A stretch of DNA of 64,000 bases, taken from the NCBI RefSeq assembly GCF_009914755.1, contig NC_060931.1; one strand, given 5' to 3'. Positions within the stretch are counted from its first letter, which is position 1, and every line of letters starts with the position of its first letter. The translations under genes and the position numbers were made by a program. This stretch comes from the human T2T-CHM13v2.0 reference genome, Homo sapiens. The notes under the pieces were generated by a model. The model was not told the DNA's origin. It ran no database searches and worked only from the letters and a program-made list of their open reading frames with translations. Of this stretch, positions 14,388 through 33,479 are shown piece by piece.

Positions 14388-14980
14388 TGCCCAGGCTTGA
14401 TTAGGTAAACAAAGCAGCCCCGAAGCTCCAACTGGGTGGAGCCCACCACAGCTCAAGGAGGCCTGCCTGCCTCTGTAGGCTCCACCTCTGGGGGCAGGGC
14501 ACAGACAAACAAAAAGACAGCAGTAACCTCTGCAGACTTAAAGGTCCCTGTCTGACAGCTTTGAAGAGAGTAGTGGTTCTTCCACTACGCAGCTGGAGAT
14601 CTGAGAATGGGCAGACTGCCTCCTCAAGTGGGTCCGTGACCCCCGAGCAGCCTAACTGGGAGGCACCCCCCAGTAGGGGCACACTGACACCTTACACGGC
14701 CGGGTACTCCTCTGAGACAAAACTTCCAGAGGAACGATCAGGCAGCAGCATTTGCGGTTCACCAACATCCACTGTTCTACAGCCACCGCTGTTCTGCAGC
14801 CACCGCTGCTGATACCCAGGCAAACAGGGTCTGGAGTGGACCTCTAGCAAACTCCAACAGACCTGTAGCAGAGGGTCCTGTCTGTTAAAAGGAAAACTAC
14901 CAAACAGAAAGGACATCCACACCAAAAACCCTTCTGTACATCACCAACATCAAAGACCAAAAGTAGATAAAGCCACAAAG

Positions 14981-15999
14981 ATGGGAAAAAAACAAAGCAG
15001 AAACACTGGAAACCCTAAAAATCAGAGCGCCTCTCCTCCTCCAAAGGAACGCAGCTCCTCACCAGCAATGGAACAAAGCTGGAAGGAGAATGACTTTGAC
15101 GTGTTGAGAGAAGAAGGCTTCAGAAGATCAAACTACTCTGAGCTAAAGGAGAAAGTTCGAACCAATGGCAAAGAAGTTAAAAACCTTGAAAAAAAAGTAG
15201 ACGAATGGCTAACTAGAATAACCAATGCAGAGAAGTCCTTAAAGGAGCTGAGGTAGCTGAAAGCCAAGGCTCAAGAACTACGTGAAGAATGCAGAAGCCT
15301 CGGGAGCTGATGCGATCAACTGGAAGAAAGGGTACCAGTGATGGAAGACGAAATGAATGAACTGAAGCGAGAAGGGAAGTTTAGAGAAAAAAAGAATAAA
15401 AAGAAATGAACAAAGCCTCCAAGAAATATGGGACTATGTGAAAAGACCAAGTCTACGTCTGATTGGTGTACCTGAAAGTGATGGGGAGAATGGAACCAAG
15501 TTGGAAAACACTCTGCAGGATATTATCCAGGAGAACTTCCCCAATCTAGCAAGGCAGGCCAACATTCAGATTCAGGAAATACAGAGAACGCCACAAAGAT
15601 GCTCCTCGAGAAGAGCAACTCCAACACACGTAATTGTCAGATTCACCAAAGTTGAAATGAAGGACAAAATGTTAAGGGCAGCCAGAGAGAAAGGTCGGGT
15701 TACCCACAAAGGGAAGCCCATCAGACTAACAGCGGATCTCTCGGCAGAAACTCTACAAGCCAGAAGAGAGTGGGGACCAATATTCAACATTCTTAAAGAA
15801 AAGAATTTTCAACCCAGAATTTTCATATCCAGCCAAACTAAGCTTCATAAGTGAAGGGGAAATAAAATCCTTTACAGACAAGCAAATGCTGAGAGATTTT
15901 GTCACCACCAGGCCTGCCCTAAAAGAGCTCCTGAAAGAAGCACTAAACATGGAAAGGAACAACCGGTACCAGCCACTGCAAAAACATGACAAAATGTAA
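14981..15999 (+). pseudogene. L1 ORF1p, disrupted
   Basis: MGKKQSR start; stop at 15254-15256; later frameshifts; REKG and ARREW motifs. Confidence 0.92.
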
Positions 16000-16062
16000 A
16001 GACCATCAAGGCTAGGAAGAAACTGCATCAACTAACGAGCAAAATAACCAGCTAACATCATA

Positions 16063-19884
<3,822 letters not shown>

Positions 19885-20363
19885 ACAATGAGAACACATG
19901 GACACAGGAAGGGGAACATCACACTCCGGGGACTGTTGTGGGGTGGGGGAAGAGGGGAGGGAAAGCATTAGGAGATATACCTAATGCTAAATGACGAGTT
20001 AATGGGTGCAGCACACCAACATGGCACATGTATACATATGTAACAAACCTGCACATTGTGCACATGTACCCTAAAACTTAAAGTATAATAATAATAAAAT
20101 AAAATAAAATAAAAGAATATTCTCTCATGACACGTGGTGTTAATATATTGCAGCTAGGCAATAAAAATGTAAAACTCAGAAAATAGACCATAAGCGATTA
20201 AAATTAGTAGAGGAAATATTTTCTATCATATCCAATTGCTTGATTATACTTTTAAAAAATGATTCTTCAATAATGCAATAAAGCTTTAAAATAGAATATT
20301 AAGTTACTAACAACAGTCAACCCACAATCCTAACATAAAATACATTTTCTATATAAACATGGC

Positions 20364-20370
<7 letters not shown>

Positions 20371-20412
<42 letters not shown>
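20371..20412. repeat. (AC)21 microsatellite
   Basis: Perfect dinucleotide run. Confidence 0.97.
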
Positions 20413-20416
<4 letters not shown>

Positions 20417-20739
20417 TTTATATTTTGGTTTATTATGAGGTTATAGCTCAATCAGAAGTCATTTTCTCATTTTCACTTAATTATAATATACATTTAAACC
20501 TATTTTGTATAAAGTATTCTTAGAAAGTACAATAATAATGTGATTTTTTTAAAGGACACTGGGAGACCTACCAATAGCAGAAATCCCTTTTATGAAGCAA
20601 TTAAATGCTGCCACAGAGTTTAAGAAAAGAGTATAGCATTGGTGGTTTACCAGCTCAGGCTTTAGAATCAGATTTTTACAGATACACCAGATGGGTGTCC
20701 TTAGGACCCACTGGAATATACATTCTACAAAGGGTAGGG

Positions 20740-20840
20740 GGTTTCTGTTTTGTTCAGTGTCTTGTGTTTTCAGTGTCTGGAATAGCACATAGCACACATA
20801 GTAGATATTCAATAAACAATGGCTGAATAAGTAAATGAAT
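20740..20840 (+). mobile_element. L2 3' end fragment
   Basis: cacatagtagatattcaataaa...tgaataagtaaatgaat terminus. Confidence 0.65.
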
Positions 20841-23744
20841 TTTTCCAAGTTTTATGATAAAAGAATGACCAAAGTTTTTTTTATTGTTACTTCATGCAAA
20901 GTGCAGATGAGCCAAAATAGGAAGACTAGGCAGAGACTGGTTTACCCCATGGATATTATCATCATCATCATCAATATATTGTTGTTGTCATTATCAGTTT
21001 TATGCTGAGTTTATAGATAAGGACAGATCTTACACTTCTCAAACACAGAAACTGCATTTTACTCACTCTGTAGGAGATTCTAACAAGCTACAGGGCTTAT
21101 GTATATTGAAACCTAATTGTTTGATAAATAAATTAAACGAATTATAAATCATGATTTTCATAAACAGACTAAAGAGTATTCATTCATGAAGGTATGGTCT
21201 GGTTACTTTATGGGAAATTTTTCCTCCTTTAATCTCTATTTGTAGGATAAGTCAAAAATAGATTAGATAATACTAAATAGCTACCTAGAATTAATGTTAT
21301 CATGAGACTCAATATGTGGGATATAGATATATTATTGATGAAAACTAAAAATCTTGCTAGATATATAAGCAGACTTCATAAAACGAAGAGATTGATTCAG
21401 CCAAGAACATTAAAAAAAAGATACAAAGTTTATCACGGTAACCTATACATTTCAACCATAAATATACTAACAATTCTGTTTTCACAAGTGGGATTAGTAG
21501 AGAATCGTTCTAACATTCGAGAGACTAAATGCATTAATATACAGAATTGGGAAAATTTCAGAAGGATGAGTTGTCATTATGGTGTATAAGAGATACAGTC
21601 ATCCTCACCCTCCTGTGAATCCCATATTCCATTTCCCCTCAAAAGCAGAGTATCCATCGATGGGAGGTGGAGAGGAGAATGATGAATCCTTCCTGCCTCA
21701 ATTGAGGACTTTAATGTAAAAGCTGGGCTGTCAAAGAAACTCCCTACAAATCATCCTTCTTTTACTCTTGTTGCTAGCCTCTTTTTCATTATCTTTTGAT
21801 TTACTGTTAGTCAAATTAATGCCCTCTTTAGAACAAGTCAGGCAATAAAATATCTATAAACAATTATTAAATCAATTCTCAGTATAGCAAAATAAAGTTT
21901 CTAAGCCAGAAAGAGTAAGAAAGAGAACAGATCCTGGATTATGACAAATTTACCCAGGTAAATACTGTCTCTTGGCAGCCATGAATGTAGTTAAGTACAT
22001 TACCTTACTCATGCTTAAATAACATCACCACTTTGTAGTAATGCCTATCTAAATTTTCATCTAGTCCCAAGACTCTTCTTAAAGAAAAATCATGAATCTA
22101 TGTGATATAACTTAATCATTCAATCTACACTTTGTAGTTTTATTTTTTAAACTATTACATAATAACCTGCATTAAAAAGTACAATAAATATGTCTGCACT
22201 AAAATAATTCTGCTTATTCTCTGACAATAAGATAATAGTATACTTTTCATTTTCATTTCCCTAATGCCTAACGATGTTGAGCATGTTTACAGATGCGTAT
22301 CTGTCATCATCTTGGGTGAAGTGTCTGTTCAACTCTTTTGCCTATTTTTTAAGTGGGTTGTTGGAGTTCCTATTAAGTTTTGAGTCTTTTGATATGTCTG
22401 GATGCAAGTCCTCTATCAAATATACTTTGCAAATATTTTCTCCTTGTCCACAGTTTGTCTTTTTATTCTCGTAACAGTATCATTTGAAGAGCTTCTTAAA
22501 TTTTGATGAAATCTAATTTATCAACTTTATTCTCTTGTGAATTGTGCTTTGGGTAATATCTAAGAATCACTGTCTAATTCAAAGTCACAGAAATCTTCTA
22601 TGTTTCTGGGAGAGACCTCCCAACAGGAGTTGACAGACACCTCATACAGGAGAGCTCCAGCTGGCATCAGGCCAGTGACCCTCTGGGACGAAGCTTCCAG
22701 AGGAAGGAGCAGGCAGCAATCTTTTCTGTTCTGCAGCCTCCACTGGTGATACCCAGGTGAACAGGGTCTGCAGTGGACCCCCAGCAAACTGCAGCAGACC
22801 TGCAGAAGAGGGGTCCGTTGGAAGAAAAACTAACAAACAGAAAGCAACAACAACAACAACAAAAAGACCCCCACACAAAAACCCCACCCAAAGGTCATCA
22901 GCCTCAAAGATCAAAGGTAGATAAATCCACAAAGATGAGGAAAAACCAGTGAAAAAATGCTGAAAATTCCAATAACCAGAATGCGTCTTCTCCTCCAAAT
23001 GATCGCAACAGCTCTCCAGCAAGGGCGCAGAACTGGACGGAGGATGAGATGAACTAATTGACAGAAGTAGGCTTCAGAAGGTGGGTAATTACAAACTCTG
23101 CTGAGCTAAAGAAGCATGTTCTAACCCAATGCAAAGAAGCTAAGAACCTTGATAAAAGGTTACAGGAGCTGCTAACTAGAATAACCAGTTTAGAGGGGAA
23201 CATTAATGACTTGATGCAGCTGAAAAACTTAGTGAAGCATACACAAGTATCAACAGCCGAATAGATCAAGTGGAAGAAAGGATATCAGAGTCTGAAGATC
23301 ACCTTGCTGAAATAAGGCATACAGACAAGATTAGAGAAAAAAGAATGAAAAAAAAATGAACAAAATCTCGGAGAAATATGGAACTATGTAAAAATAAAGA
23401 ACCTATGATTGATTGGAGTACCTGAAAGAGATGGGGTGAATGGAATCAAGTTGGAAAAGACTCTTCAGGATATTATCCAGGAGAACTTCCCCAGCCTAGC
23501 AAGACAGGCCAACATTCAAATTCAGGAAATACAGAGAACACCACTAAGATATTCCATGAGAAGATAAACCCCAAGACATATAATCATCAGATTCTTCACG
23601 GTTGAATTGAAGGAAAAAATGTTAAGAGCAGCCAGAGAAAAAGGTCAGGTCACCTAGAAAAGGGAAGCCCATCAGACTAACAGCGGATCTCTCAGCAGAA
23701 ACTCTACAAGCCAGAAGAGAGTGGGGGCCAACATTCAACATTCC

Positions 23745-24038
<294 letters not shown>

Positions 24039-27000
24039 TCAGCATTCTTAAAGAGAAGAATTTTCAACCCAGAATTTCATATCCAGCCAAACTAAGCTTC
24101 ATGAACAAAGCAGAAATAAGAAAGGAAATCCTTTCTAGACAAGCAAATGCTAAGGGATTTCATCACCACCAGGCCTGCTTTGCAAGAGCTACTGAAGGAA
24201 GCACTAAATATGGAAAGGAAAAACCAGTACCAGCCACTGCAAAAGCATACCAAAATGAAAACACCAATGACACTATGAAGAAACTGCATCAACTAGTGTG
24301 CAAAATAACAAGTTAGCATCATGATGACAGGATCAAATTCACACATAACAATTTTAACCTTAAATGTAAATGGGCTAAATGTCCCAATTAAAAAGGTACA
24401 GACTGGCAAATTGAATAAAGAGTCAAGATCAACTGATGAGCTATATTCAGGAGACCCATCTCACGTGCAAAGATATACATAGGCTCAAAATAAGAGGATA
24501 GATGAAAATTTACCAAGCAAATGGGAAACAAAAAAAAGCAGGGGTTACAATCCTAGTCTCTAATAAAAGAGACTTTAAACCAACAAAGATCAAAAAAGAC
24601 AAAGAAGGTCATTATATAATCATAAATGGATCAATTCAACAAGAAAAGCTAACTATCCTAAATATATATACACCCAAGAGAGGAGCACCAAGATTCATAA
24701 AACAAGTTCTTAGAGACCTACAAAGAGACTCAGACTCCCACACAGTAATAGTGGGAGACTTTAACACCCCACTGTCAACATTAGACAGATCAACGGGACA
24801 GAAAATTAACGAGGATATTCACGACTTGAACTCACTCTGGATCAAGTGGACCTAACAGCCATCTACAGAACTCTCCATTCTAAATCAACAGAATATACAT
24901 TCTTCTCAGTGCCACAAGGCAGTTATTCTAAAATCAACCTCATAATTGGAAATAAACACTTGTCAGCAAATGCAAAAGAATGGAAATCATAACAAACAGT
25001 CCACAATGCAATCAAATTAGAACTCGGGATTAAGAAACTCACTCAAAACCAAATAACTACATGGAAATTGAACAACCGCTCCTAAATGACTCCTGGGTAA
25101 ATAACAAAATTAAAGGAAGAAATCAAGAAGTTCTTTGAAACCAATTAGAACAAAGAGACAACATACCAGAATCTCTGGGACACATTTAAAGCAGTGTTTA
25201 GAGGGAAATTTATAGCACTAAATGCCCACAGGAGAAAGCAGGAAAGATCTAAAATCGACACCTTAACATCACAATTAAAAGAACTAGAGAAGCAAAAGCA
25301 AACAAACCCAAAAGCTAGCAGAAGACAAGAAATGACTAAGATCAGAGCAGAACTGAAGGAGACACAGACACGAAAAATCCTTCAAAAAATTAATGAATCC
25401 AGGAGCTGGTTTTTTGAAAAAATTAACAAAATAGAGCATTAGCTAGACTAATAAAGAAAAGAGAGAAGAATCAAGTAGACACAATAAAAAATGATAAAGG
25501 GGATATCACCACTGACCCCAAAGAAATACAAACTACCACCAAGAGAATACTATAAAAACCTCTACGCAAATGAACTAGAAAATCTAGAAGAAATGGAAAA
25601 ATACTTGGACACATACACACTCCCAAGACTAAGCCAGGAAGAAGTCAAATCTCTGAATAGACTAATAACAAGTCCCAAAATTGAGGCACTAATTAATAGC
25701 CTACCAGCCAAAAAAGCCCAGGACCAGACGGATTCACAGCCGAATTCTGCCAGAGGTACAAAGAGGAGCTGGTACCACTCCTTCAGATGATATTCCAAAC
25801 AACTGAAAAGGAGGGACTCCTCCCTAACTCATTTTATGAGGTCAGCATCACTCTGATACCAAAATCTGGCAGAGACACAACAAAAAAAGAAAACTTCAGG
25901 CGAATATCCCTGATGAACATCGATGTGAAAATCCTCAATAAAATACTGGCAAACCGAATCCAGCAGCACAGTAAAAAACTTATCCACCACGATCAACTCG
26001 GCTTCATCCACGGGATGCAAGGCTGGTTCAACATATGCAAATCAATAAACATAATCCATCACATAAACAGAACCAATGACAAAAAAACATAAGATTACCT
26101 CAACAGACACAGAAAAGGGCTCTGATAAAATTCAACACACCTTCATGTTAAAAACTCTCAATAAACTAGGTACTGATGGAACATATCTCAAAATAATGAG
26201 AGCTATTTATGACAAACCCATAGCCAATATCATACTAAATGGGCAAAAGCTGGAAGCATTCCCTTTGAAAACAGGCACAAGACAAGGATGCCCTCTCTCA
26301 CCTCTCCTATTCAACATAGCATTGGAAGTTCTGGCCAGGGCAAGCAGGCAACAGAAAGAAATAAAGCGTATTCAAATAGGAAGAGAGGAAGTCAAATTGT
26401 CTGTTTCCAGATGACATAACTGTATATTTAGAAAACCCCATAGTCTCAGCCCAAAAACTCCTTAAATTGATAAGCAACTTCAGTGAAGTCTCAGGATACA
26501 AAATCAATGTGCAAAAATCACAAGCATTCCTATACACCAACAACAGGCAAGCAGAGAGCCCAATCATGAATGAACTCCCACTCACAACTGCTACAAAGAG
26601 AATAAAATATCTAGGAACACAGCTACTAAGGGAAGTGAAGGACCTCTTCAAGGAGAACTACAAACCACAGCTCAAGGCAATAAGAGAAGACACAAACTAA
26701 TAAGAAAACATTCCATGCTCATGGATAGGAAGAATCAATACTGTGAAAATGGCCATACTATCCAAAGTAATTTATAGATTCAATGCTATTCCTATCAAAC
26801 TACCATTAACATTCTTCACAGAGTTAGAAAAAACTACTTTAAATTTCATATGGAACCAAAAAAGAGCTCATATAGCCAAGACAATCCTAAGCAAAAGGAA
26901 CAAAACTGGAGGCATCATGAGATCTGACTTCAAACTATACTACAAGGCTACAGTAACCAAAACAGCATGGTCCTGGTACCAAAAGAGATATGTAACTAAT

Positions 27001-28229
27001 GAAACAGAACAGAGACCTCAGAAATAACACTACACATGTACAACCAGCTGATCTTCAACAAATTGGACAACAACAAGCAATGGGGAAAAGATTCCCTATT
27101 TAATAAATGGTGCTGGGAAAACTGGCTAGCCGTATGCAGAAAACTGAAACTGCACTCCTTCCTTATACCTTATTCAAAAATTAACTCAAGATAGATTAAA
27201 GACTTAAATGTAAAACCCAAAAGTATAAAAACGCTAGATGAAAACATAGACAAGACCATTCAGGGCATGGGCATGGGCAAAGATTTCATGATGAAAACGC
27301 CAAAAGCAAATGCAACAAAAACAAAAATTGATAAATGGTATCTAATTAAACTAAAGAGCTTCTGCACAGCAAAAGAAACTATCATCAGACTGAACAGGCA
27401 ACCTACAGGATGGAAGAAAAATTTTGCAATCTACCCATCTGACAAATGTCTAATATCCAGCATCTACAAGGAACTTACACAAATTTACAAGGAAACAAAC
27501 AAAAAATCACAAAGTGGGCAAAGGTTATGAATAGACTCTTCTCAAAAGACGACATTTATGCAGCCAACAAACATTTTAAAAAGCTTAACATCACTGATCA
27601 TTACAGAAAGGCAAATCAAAACCATAATGAGATACCACCTCACGCCAATGGCAATTACTAAAAAGTCAAGAAACAATAGATGCTGATGAGGCTGTGGAGA
27701 AATAGGAATGCTTTTACACTGTTGGTGGGAATGTAAATTAGTTCAACAGTTGTGGAAGAAAGTGTGGCGATTCCTCAAGTATCTAGAACCAGAAATACCA
27801 TTTGCCCCAGCAATCCCATTACTGGGATATACCCAAAGGAATATAAATCATTCTACTGTAAAGACACATGCACATGTATGTTTACTGCAGCACTACTTAC
27901 AGTAGCAAAGACATGAAACCAACGCAAATGTCCATCAACGATAGATTGGATAAAGAAAATGTGCTACACACACCATGCAGCCATAAAAAAAAATGAAATC
28001 ATGTCCTTGGCAGGGACATGGATGAAGCTGGAAGCCTTCATCCTCAGCAAACTAGCACAGGAATAGAAAACCAAACACTGCACATTCTCACTCGTAAATG
28101 GGAGTTGAACAACGAGAACACTTGGACACAGGGAGGGGAACAACACACACCAGGGACTGTCAGGGGGCAGGGGGCAGGGGAGAGAGAGCATTAGGATAAA
28201 TAACTAATGCATATGAGGCTTAAAACCTA

Positions 28230-28530
28230 GGCCAGGCGCAGTGGCTCACGCCTGTAATCCCAGCACTTTGGGAGGCCGAGGCGGGCAGGTCACCTGAAGT
28301 CAGGAGTTCAAGATCAGCCTGACCAACATGGAGAAGCCCTGTCTCTACTAAAAATACAAAATTAGCCAGGCGTGGTGGTGAATGCCTGTAATCCCGGCTA
28401 CTCAGGAGGCTGAGGCAAGAGAGTCGCTTGAACCCAGGAGGCGGAGGTTGCGGTGAGCGGAGATTGCGCCATTGCACTCCAGCCTGTGCAACGAGAGTGA
28501 AACTCCGTCTCAAAAAACAACAACAACAAC
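28230..28530 (+). mobile_element. AluSp inserted in L1 3'UTR
   Basis: cctgaccaacatggaga diagnostic; TSD aaaacctag. Confidence 0.9.
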
Positions 28531-29575
28531 AAAACCTAGATGACAGGTTGATAGATGCAGCAAACCACCATGGCGCATGTATAACTATGTAACAAACCTG
28601 CATGTTCTGCACATGTATCCCGGAACTTAAAGTAAAATTAAAAATTTAAGAAAAGAAGAAAAGAAAAAAATAAAAATAAAAATAAAAAAATCTTCTGAGT
28701 CTCCTACTTTAAGTTCTGTAGTTTTAGATTTTACATTTAGGACACGAATTCATTCTGAGTTAATATTTTTATATGAAATGAAGTATGGATACAAGTTCAC
28801 TGTTTTGCATATTGAGATCCAATTGTTCCTGCACCATCTGTTGAAAAGACTATTTTTTTCTCTACTAAATGTGTCAAAAATCAGTTGTTCATATATATGT
28901 GGGTCTATTTCTGAGATCTCTGTTCCATTGATCTTTATGTCTTGATTACTTCAAGGAGTCTTTGTAATAAGTCTTCAAATCAGGTAGGGTTATTCCTCCA
29001 ACTCTGTTTTCTCTTAAAAGTTATTCTAGCTATTCGAGATCCTCTGAATTTCTATATGAATTTTAAAATCAGCTTGTCAATTTCTAAAAGCCCCCCTGGA
29101 ATTTAAACTGAAATTCTGTTGAATTCATAGATCAAGTTGGGAAGAACATACATCTTAATAAACAATATTAAGTCTTCCAACTGATGAACAACATTGACTG
29201 ATTGATTGATTTAGGTCTTCTTTGTTCTCAACAATATTTTGTAGTTTTCAGTGTACAGGTTTTACACATCTTTTGTTAGACTTATCCTTAAGTCTGTCAT
29301 ATTTTTATGCTGTTATAAGTGGTATTTTTGAATTTCAATTTCCAATTGCTTGTTGCTAAGAGTATACAGAAATACAATTAATTTTTTGTATATTTATCTA
29401 GTATATTGAAACCTTACTCAACTCTTTTATTAACTACAGCTTTTTTTGAAAACTCAAAACAAGATACCACGACATACCTATTAGAATGACTAAAATTAAG
29501 ACAGTGTAACATGTGTTGGCATGGTTGTAGGGGGAAGTAGAACTTTCAAATACTACTGGTAAGAATGTAAACATT

Positions 29576-29875
29576 GGCTGGGCGCGGTGGTTCACGCCTG
29601 TAATCCCAGCACTTTGGGAGGCCGAGAAGGGTGGATCACCTGAGGTCAGAAGTTCAAGACCAGCCTGGTCAACATGGTGAAACCCCGTCTCTACTAAATA
29701 TACAAAAATTAGCCGGGCATGGTGGTGGGCGCCTGTAATTCCAGCTACTCAGGAGGCTGAGGCAGGAGAATTGCTTAAACCCGGGAGGCGGAGGTTGCCG
29801 TGAGGCGAGATTGCGCCATTGTGCTCTAGCCTGGGCAACAACAGCAAAACTTTGTCTCAAAAAGAAAAAAAAAAA
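29576..29875 (+). mobile_element. AluS (Sq/Sp-like)
   Basis: 15-bp TSD aagaatgtaaacatt. Confidence 0.92.
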
Positions 29876-30961
29876 AAGAATGTAAACATTACAACAACTT
29901 TGAAAAATAATCTTGGCAATTTTTTAAAAAGCTAAACATATACCTACCATATGATCTAGACATTCCAATCCTAGGTATTTATCCAAGAGAAATGAAAGGA
30001 TATGTTCCTACAAAGACTTGTACATGAATGTTCATAGCAGCTTAATTTATAATATTAAAAAATTAGGAACAACCCAACTGTCCATCAGCATGTAAATGGA
30101 TAAACCAGCTATGATCTATCAATGGAATACTAGTCCATAATAAAAAGGCAAAGGTATTAATACACACAACACTGACGAATTTCAAATTTACGTAACATAA
30201 AACTCTCCCTTTCAAAGTGTACAATGCAGTGGTTTTTAGTACACTGACAAGGTGGCACAAAAGTCACGACTATCTAATTCCAGAACATTTTCATCACCCT
30301 AAAAACAAATCTGTATCCACTAGTAGTCACTCCACATCCCAGTCTCATAGAATATACTTAATTTCCAGACAACAATGTATTTCATCTGGGTGTCCCAAAT
30401 CAAGCCTCAAACCTTTCAAGTTTGAAACATTGCTTTTAAGTTAATTTCAAGGGTCTATGGTATAAACACTGTTACTCTTCATTATTTTATTCTTTCTAAT
30501 GCTTTCTAATGAAAAACAGAACCACACTGATAAAGACACTGACAATTTTAGAGAAGTTCCAATCACAGAAGTGTCATTTAGTGTACATGTGTATAACTGT
30601 AATAGTGACTGCAAAATTATTACTTTTACTCAAATATTAATTCCAAATGTAGCAACTTATTTTTCCTTGGCTTCTCCTTATTATAAATGCCAGGACTGGT
30701 CAAGACTGAACTACAGTGGTGAATAAAAAAGACATGATGTCTTTGCAAATATTAAATCACACATCATCTGCAAGGCTTTTAAAAATTAGATTAACACAAT
30801 CCACTTTGAGATCATTCCACCATGAACTATATCTTCTCAAAAACTTTTTAACAATCTTTATAAAAACTTTAGGTAAAGCCAACAGCACATTGGAAGGATA
30901 ATGGTTTTACACTGCATTATACTAACTCAGAACATTATGATCAATACTTGTGCCTGTTTTT

Positions 30962-31267
30962 TTGTGGGGTTTTTTGTTTGTTTGTTTGTTTTGACAGAGT
31001 CTTGCTCTGTCACCAGGCTGGAGTGCAGTTGCAGATCTCGGCTCACTGCAACCTCCGCCTCCTGGGTTCAAGTGATTCTCCTACCTCAGCCTCCTGAGTA
31101 GCTGGAATTACAGGCACACACCACCACGCCCAGCTAATTTTTGTATTTTTAGTAGAGACGGGGTTTCACCATGTTGGCCAGGATGGTCTCGATCTCTTGA
31201 CCTCATGATCCGCCCGCCTCAGCCTCCCAAAGTGCTGGGATTACAGGCGTGAGCCACCATGCCCGGC
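30962..31267 (-). mobile_element. AluSc-like
   Basis: tgtcaccaggctg and gatctcttgacc diagnostics; TSD tgtgcctgttttt. Confidence 0.9.
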
Positions 31268-31596
31268 TGTGCCTGTTTTTGTTTTTTTTTTTCGAAGACA
31301 TGACCATTTGTATTACAGAATCTGTCAATTATAGAAGAAATTATAATCATAATCCAATCAAAATTTAGCACTTTTTTAATATTGAAGGAAAGTCAGTGAT
31401 GACAAACATCCATAATAAGCCTTGGAATAATATGCATCTATGTTTAATGATTCCATAATCCTACAAACTATTGTTGGTGCACAGATATTAAATGTGATAG
31501 AGCAAAACAGTGGCTGATACTTGGATTTTTACCCTTCTATGTTTAGATAATACTGTGAAAACAACACACAAGCATTATTCATTGTTTAAAGTTAAC

Positions 31597-31926
31597 TTTT
31601 TTTTTTTTTTAAAGAGTCAAGATCTTGCTCTGTCACCCAGGGTGGAGAACAGTGGTGCAATAACAGCTCACTGCAGCCTCTAACTTGTGGGCTCGAGTGA
31701 TCCTCCCATCTCAGTTTCCCAAGTAGTTGAGACTGCAGGCACATGCTATGATGCTCAACTTTTATTTTGTTTTAATTTCCTTTACTTCTCAATTTTTACT
31801 TTTTAGAGCCAAGAGGAGATCTGTTCTGTTCACCCAGGCTGGTCTCAAACTCCTGGCCTCAAGCAATTCTGCCTGCCTCCACCTCCCAAGTAACTGGGCC
31901 TCCAGGTACCAGCCACCACACCCAGC
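31597..31926 (-). mobile_element. AluJ
   Basis: Diverged dimeric Alu with expanded linker. Confidence 0.82.
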
Positions 31927-32624
31927 TTAAAAGTTCAACTTTTTATATGACATTTTCCAAGCCTACTAAATCACAAGTTAGAGATATTCCCAATGATTTT
32001 CCTAAGCAAAACCTATATTTCAGCAGTATACAATTGCAATGCTGTTGAAGCATTATTTGTGAAGGATTTCCTTGATTAACAAAAAATATGGAATAAGCAT
32101 TACAGCATAGCATGACTATATAATCAAAAAATCAAAGACAGGAAAATTCAGAAAGAACATGTAATGTACATTTCTCTGATACTATTTTGGCATAACTGCT
32201 TTCAAAGCACAATAGCAAGAGTAAGCAGACTCTTGATATCTGAAATGGATATAATTAAAGACTTCTGAGCCTACAAAGTACAAATGCCACTACATATATC
32301 CACTTCAGAAAAATAAGTGGGTACCCAGTGAAAAGAAGAAAACCACCAAGCCACATTAAAAGTGTTGGGCAGTTCTATGTGCACTCACTAGCTATTCAAA
32401 ATTTTGCCTGAAAAATTATGAACTGCTGCATCATGGACTTTGCAGCTGGTTAATAGTCAAAACCATGAACATTAAACTCTTGACTGTCAAGGTCCTGCAA
32501 TAAATGTCTGAGAAAAGAATGAACAAAGAAATAAATTTTTAAAATCTTCTAGGCATAGTATCAGCATGGGATTTGTCATGTTAAAAACAGCATTTCTCTA
32601 GAATATTTCCTAGAGAAAAGAAAA

Positions 32625-33090
32625 CTTCACATAAAGAACTGTACACCTATTCATAATCACCAAAAACTGGAAACAACAACAAATGTCCTTCAATCAGTGA
32701 ATCAATAAACAAACTGCAGGCTACTCATACAATGGTATTCAATCAAACACAAAGTAACAAACTATTAGTACACCCCAAAACTTGAATAAATCTCAAAGGT
32801 ATTATTTTGAGTACAAGAAGACAGCCTCAAAAGGTCACCTACTTTGTAATTCCATTTATGTGTCATTCTCAAAAAGACAAAACTACAATGATGGAGAAAA
32901 GATCAGTGGCTGTCAGGACTAGCAGAAGCGGGTAGGCATCACCGTGAAGGGATAATGAGGGAATCTGGAGGAGTGATGGAATTGTTCTGTATCATGACTG
33001 TAATGGTGCTTACATAAATCTGTATATGTATTAAAATTTACAGACCTGTATATGAAAAAGGACAATTTTACTATATAATTAAAATAAATA
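32625..33090 (+). mobile_element. L1MC/ME 3' end fragment
   Basis: aaactggaaacaac...caaaaggtcacc...taaaatttacagacctgtata pattern. Confidence 0.7.
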
Positions 33091-33256
33091 GCATTTCAGT
33101 GAAATCAACTACTTGTACTTACTCATTCTGAGAAGTGTTACAATATTGTATACAGCCAATTATTTAAAAATTTGTTTAATAGTACTTGCTAATGGTGATA
33201 ACAAAAGTCAACCAATCAAGTGACTTAAAAATATTTAAATCTCTACTAACTTTTTA

Positions 33257-33430
<174 letters not shown>

Positions 33431-33479
33431 GATCCATGAAGTTTTATTACTATTAATAAATAGTAATAACAAGCACAGT

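Noticed and set aside
19928-19961. G-quadruplex-like tract
   Set aside because: Ordinary L1PA 3'UTR poly-G tract, not specific to this locus
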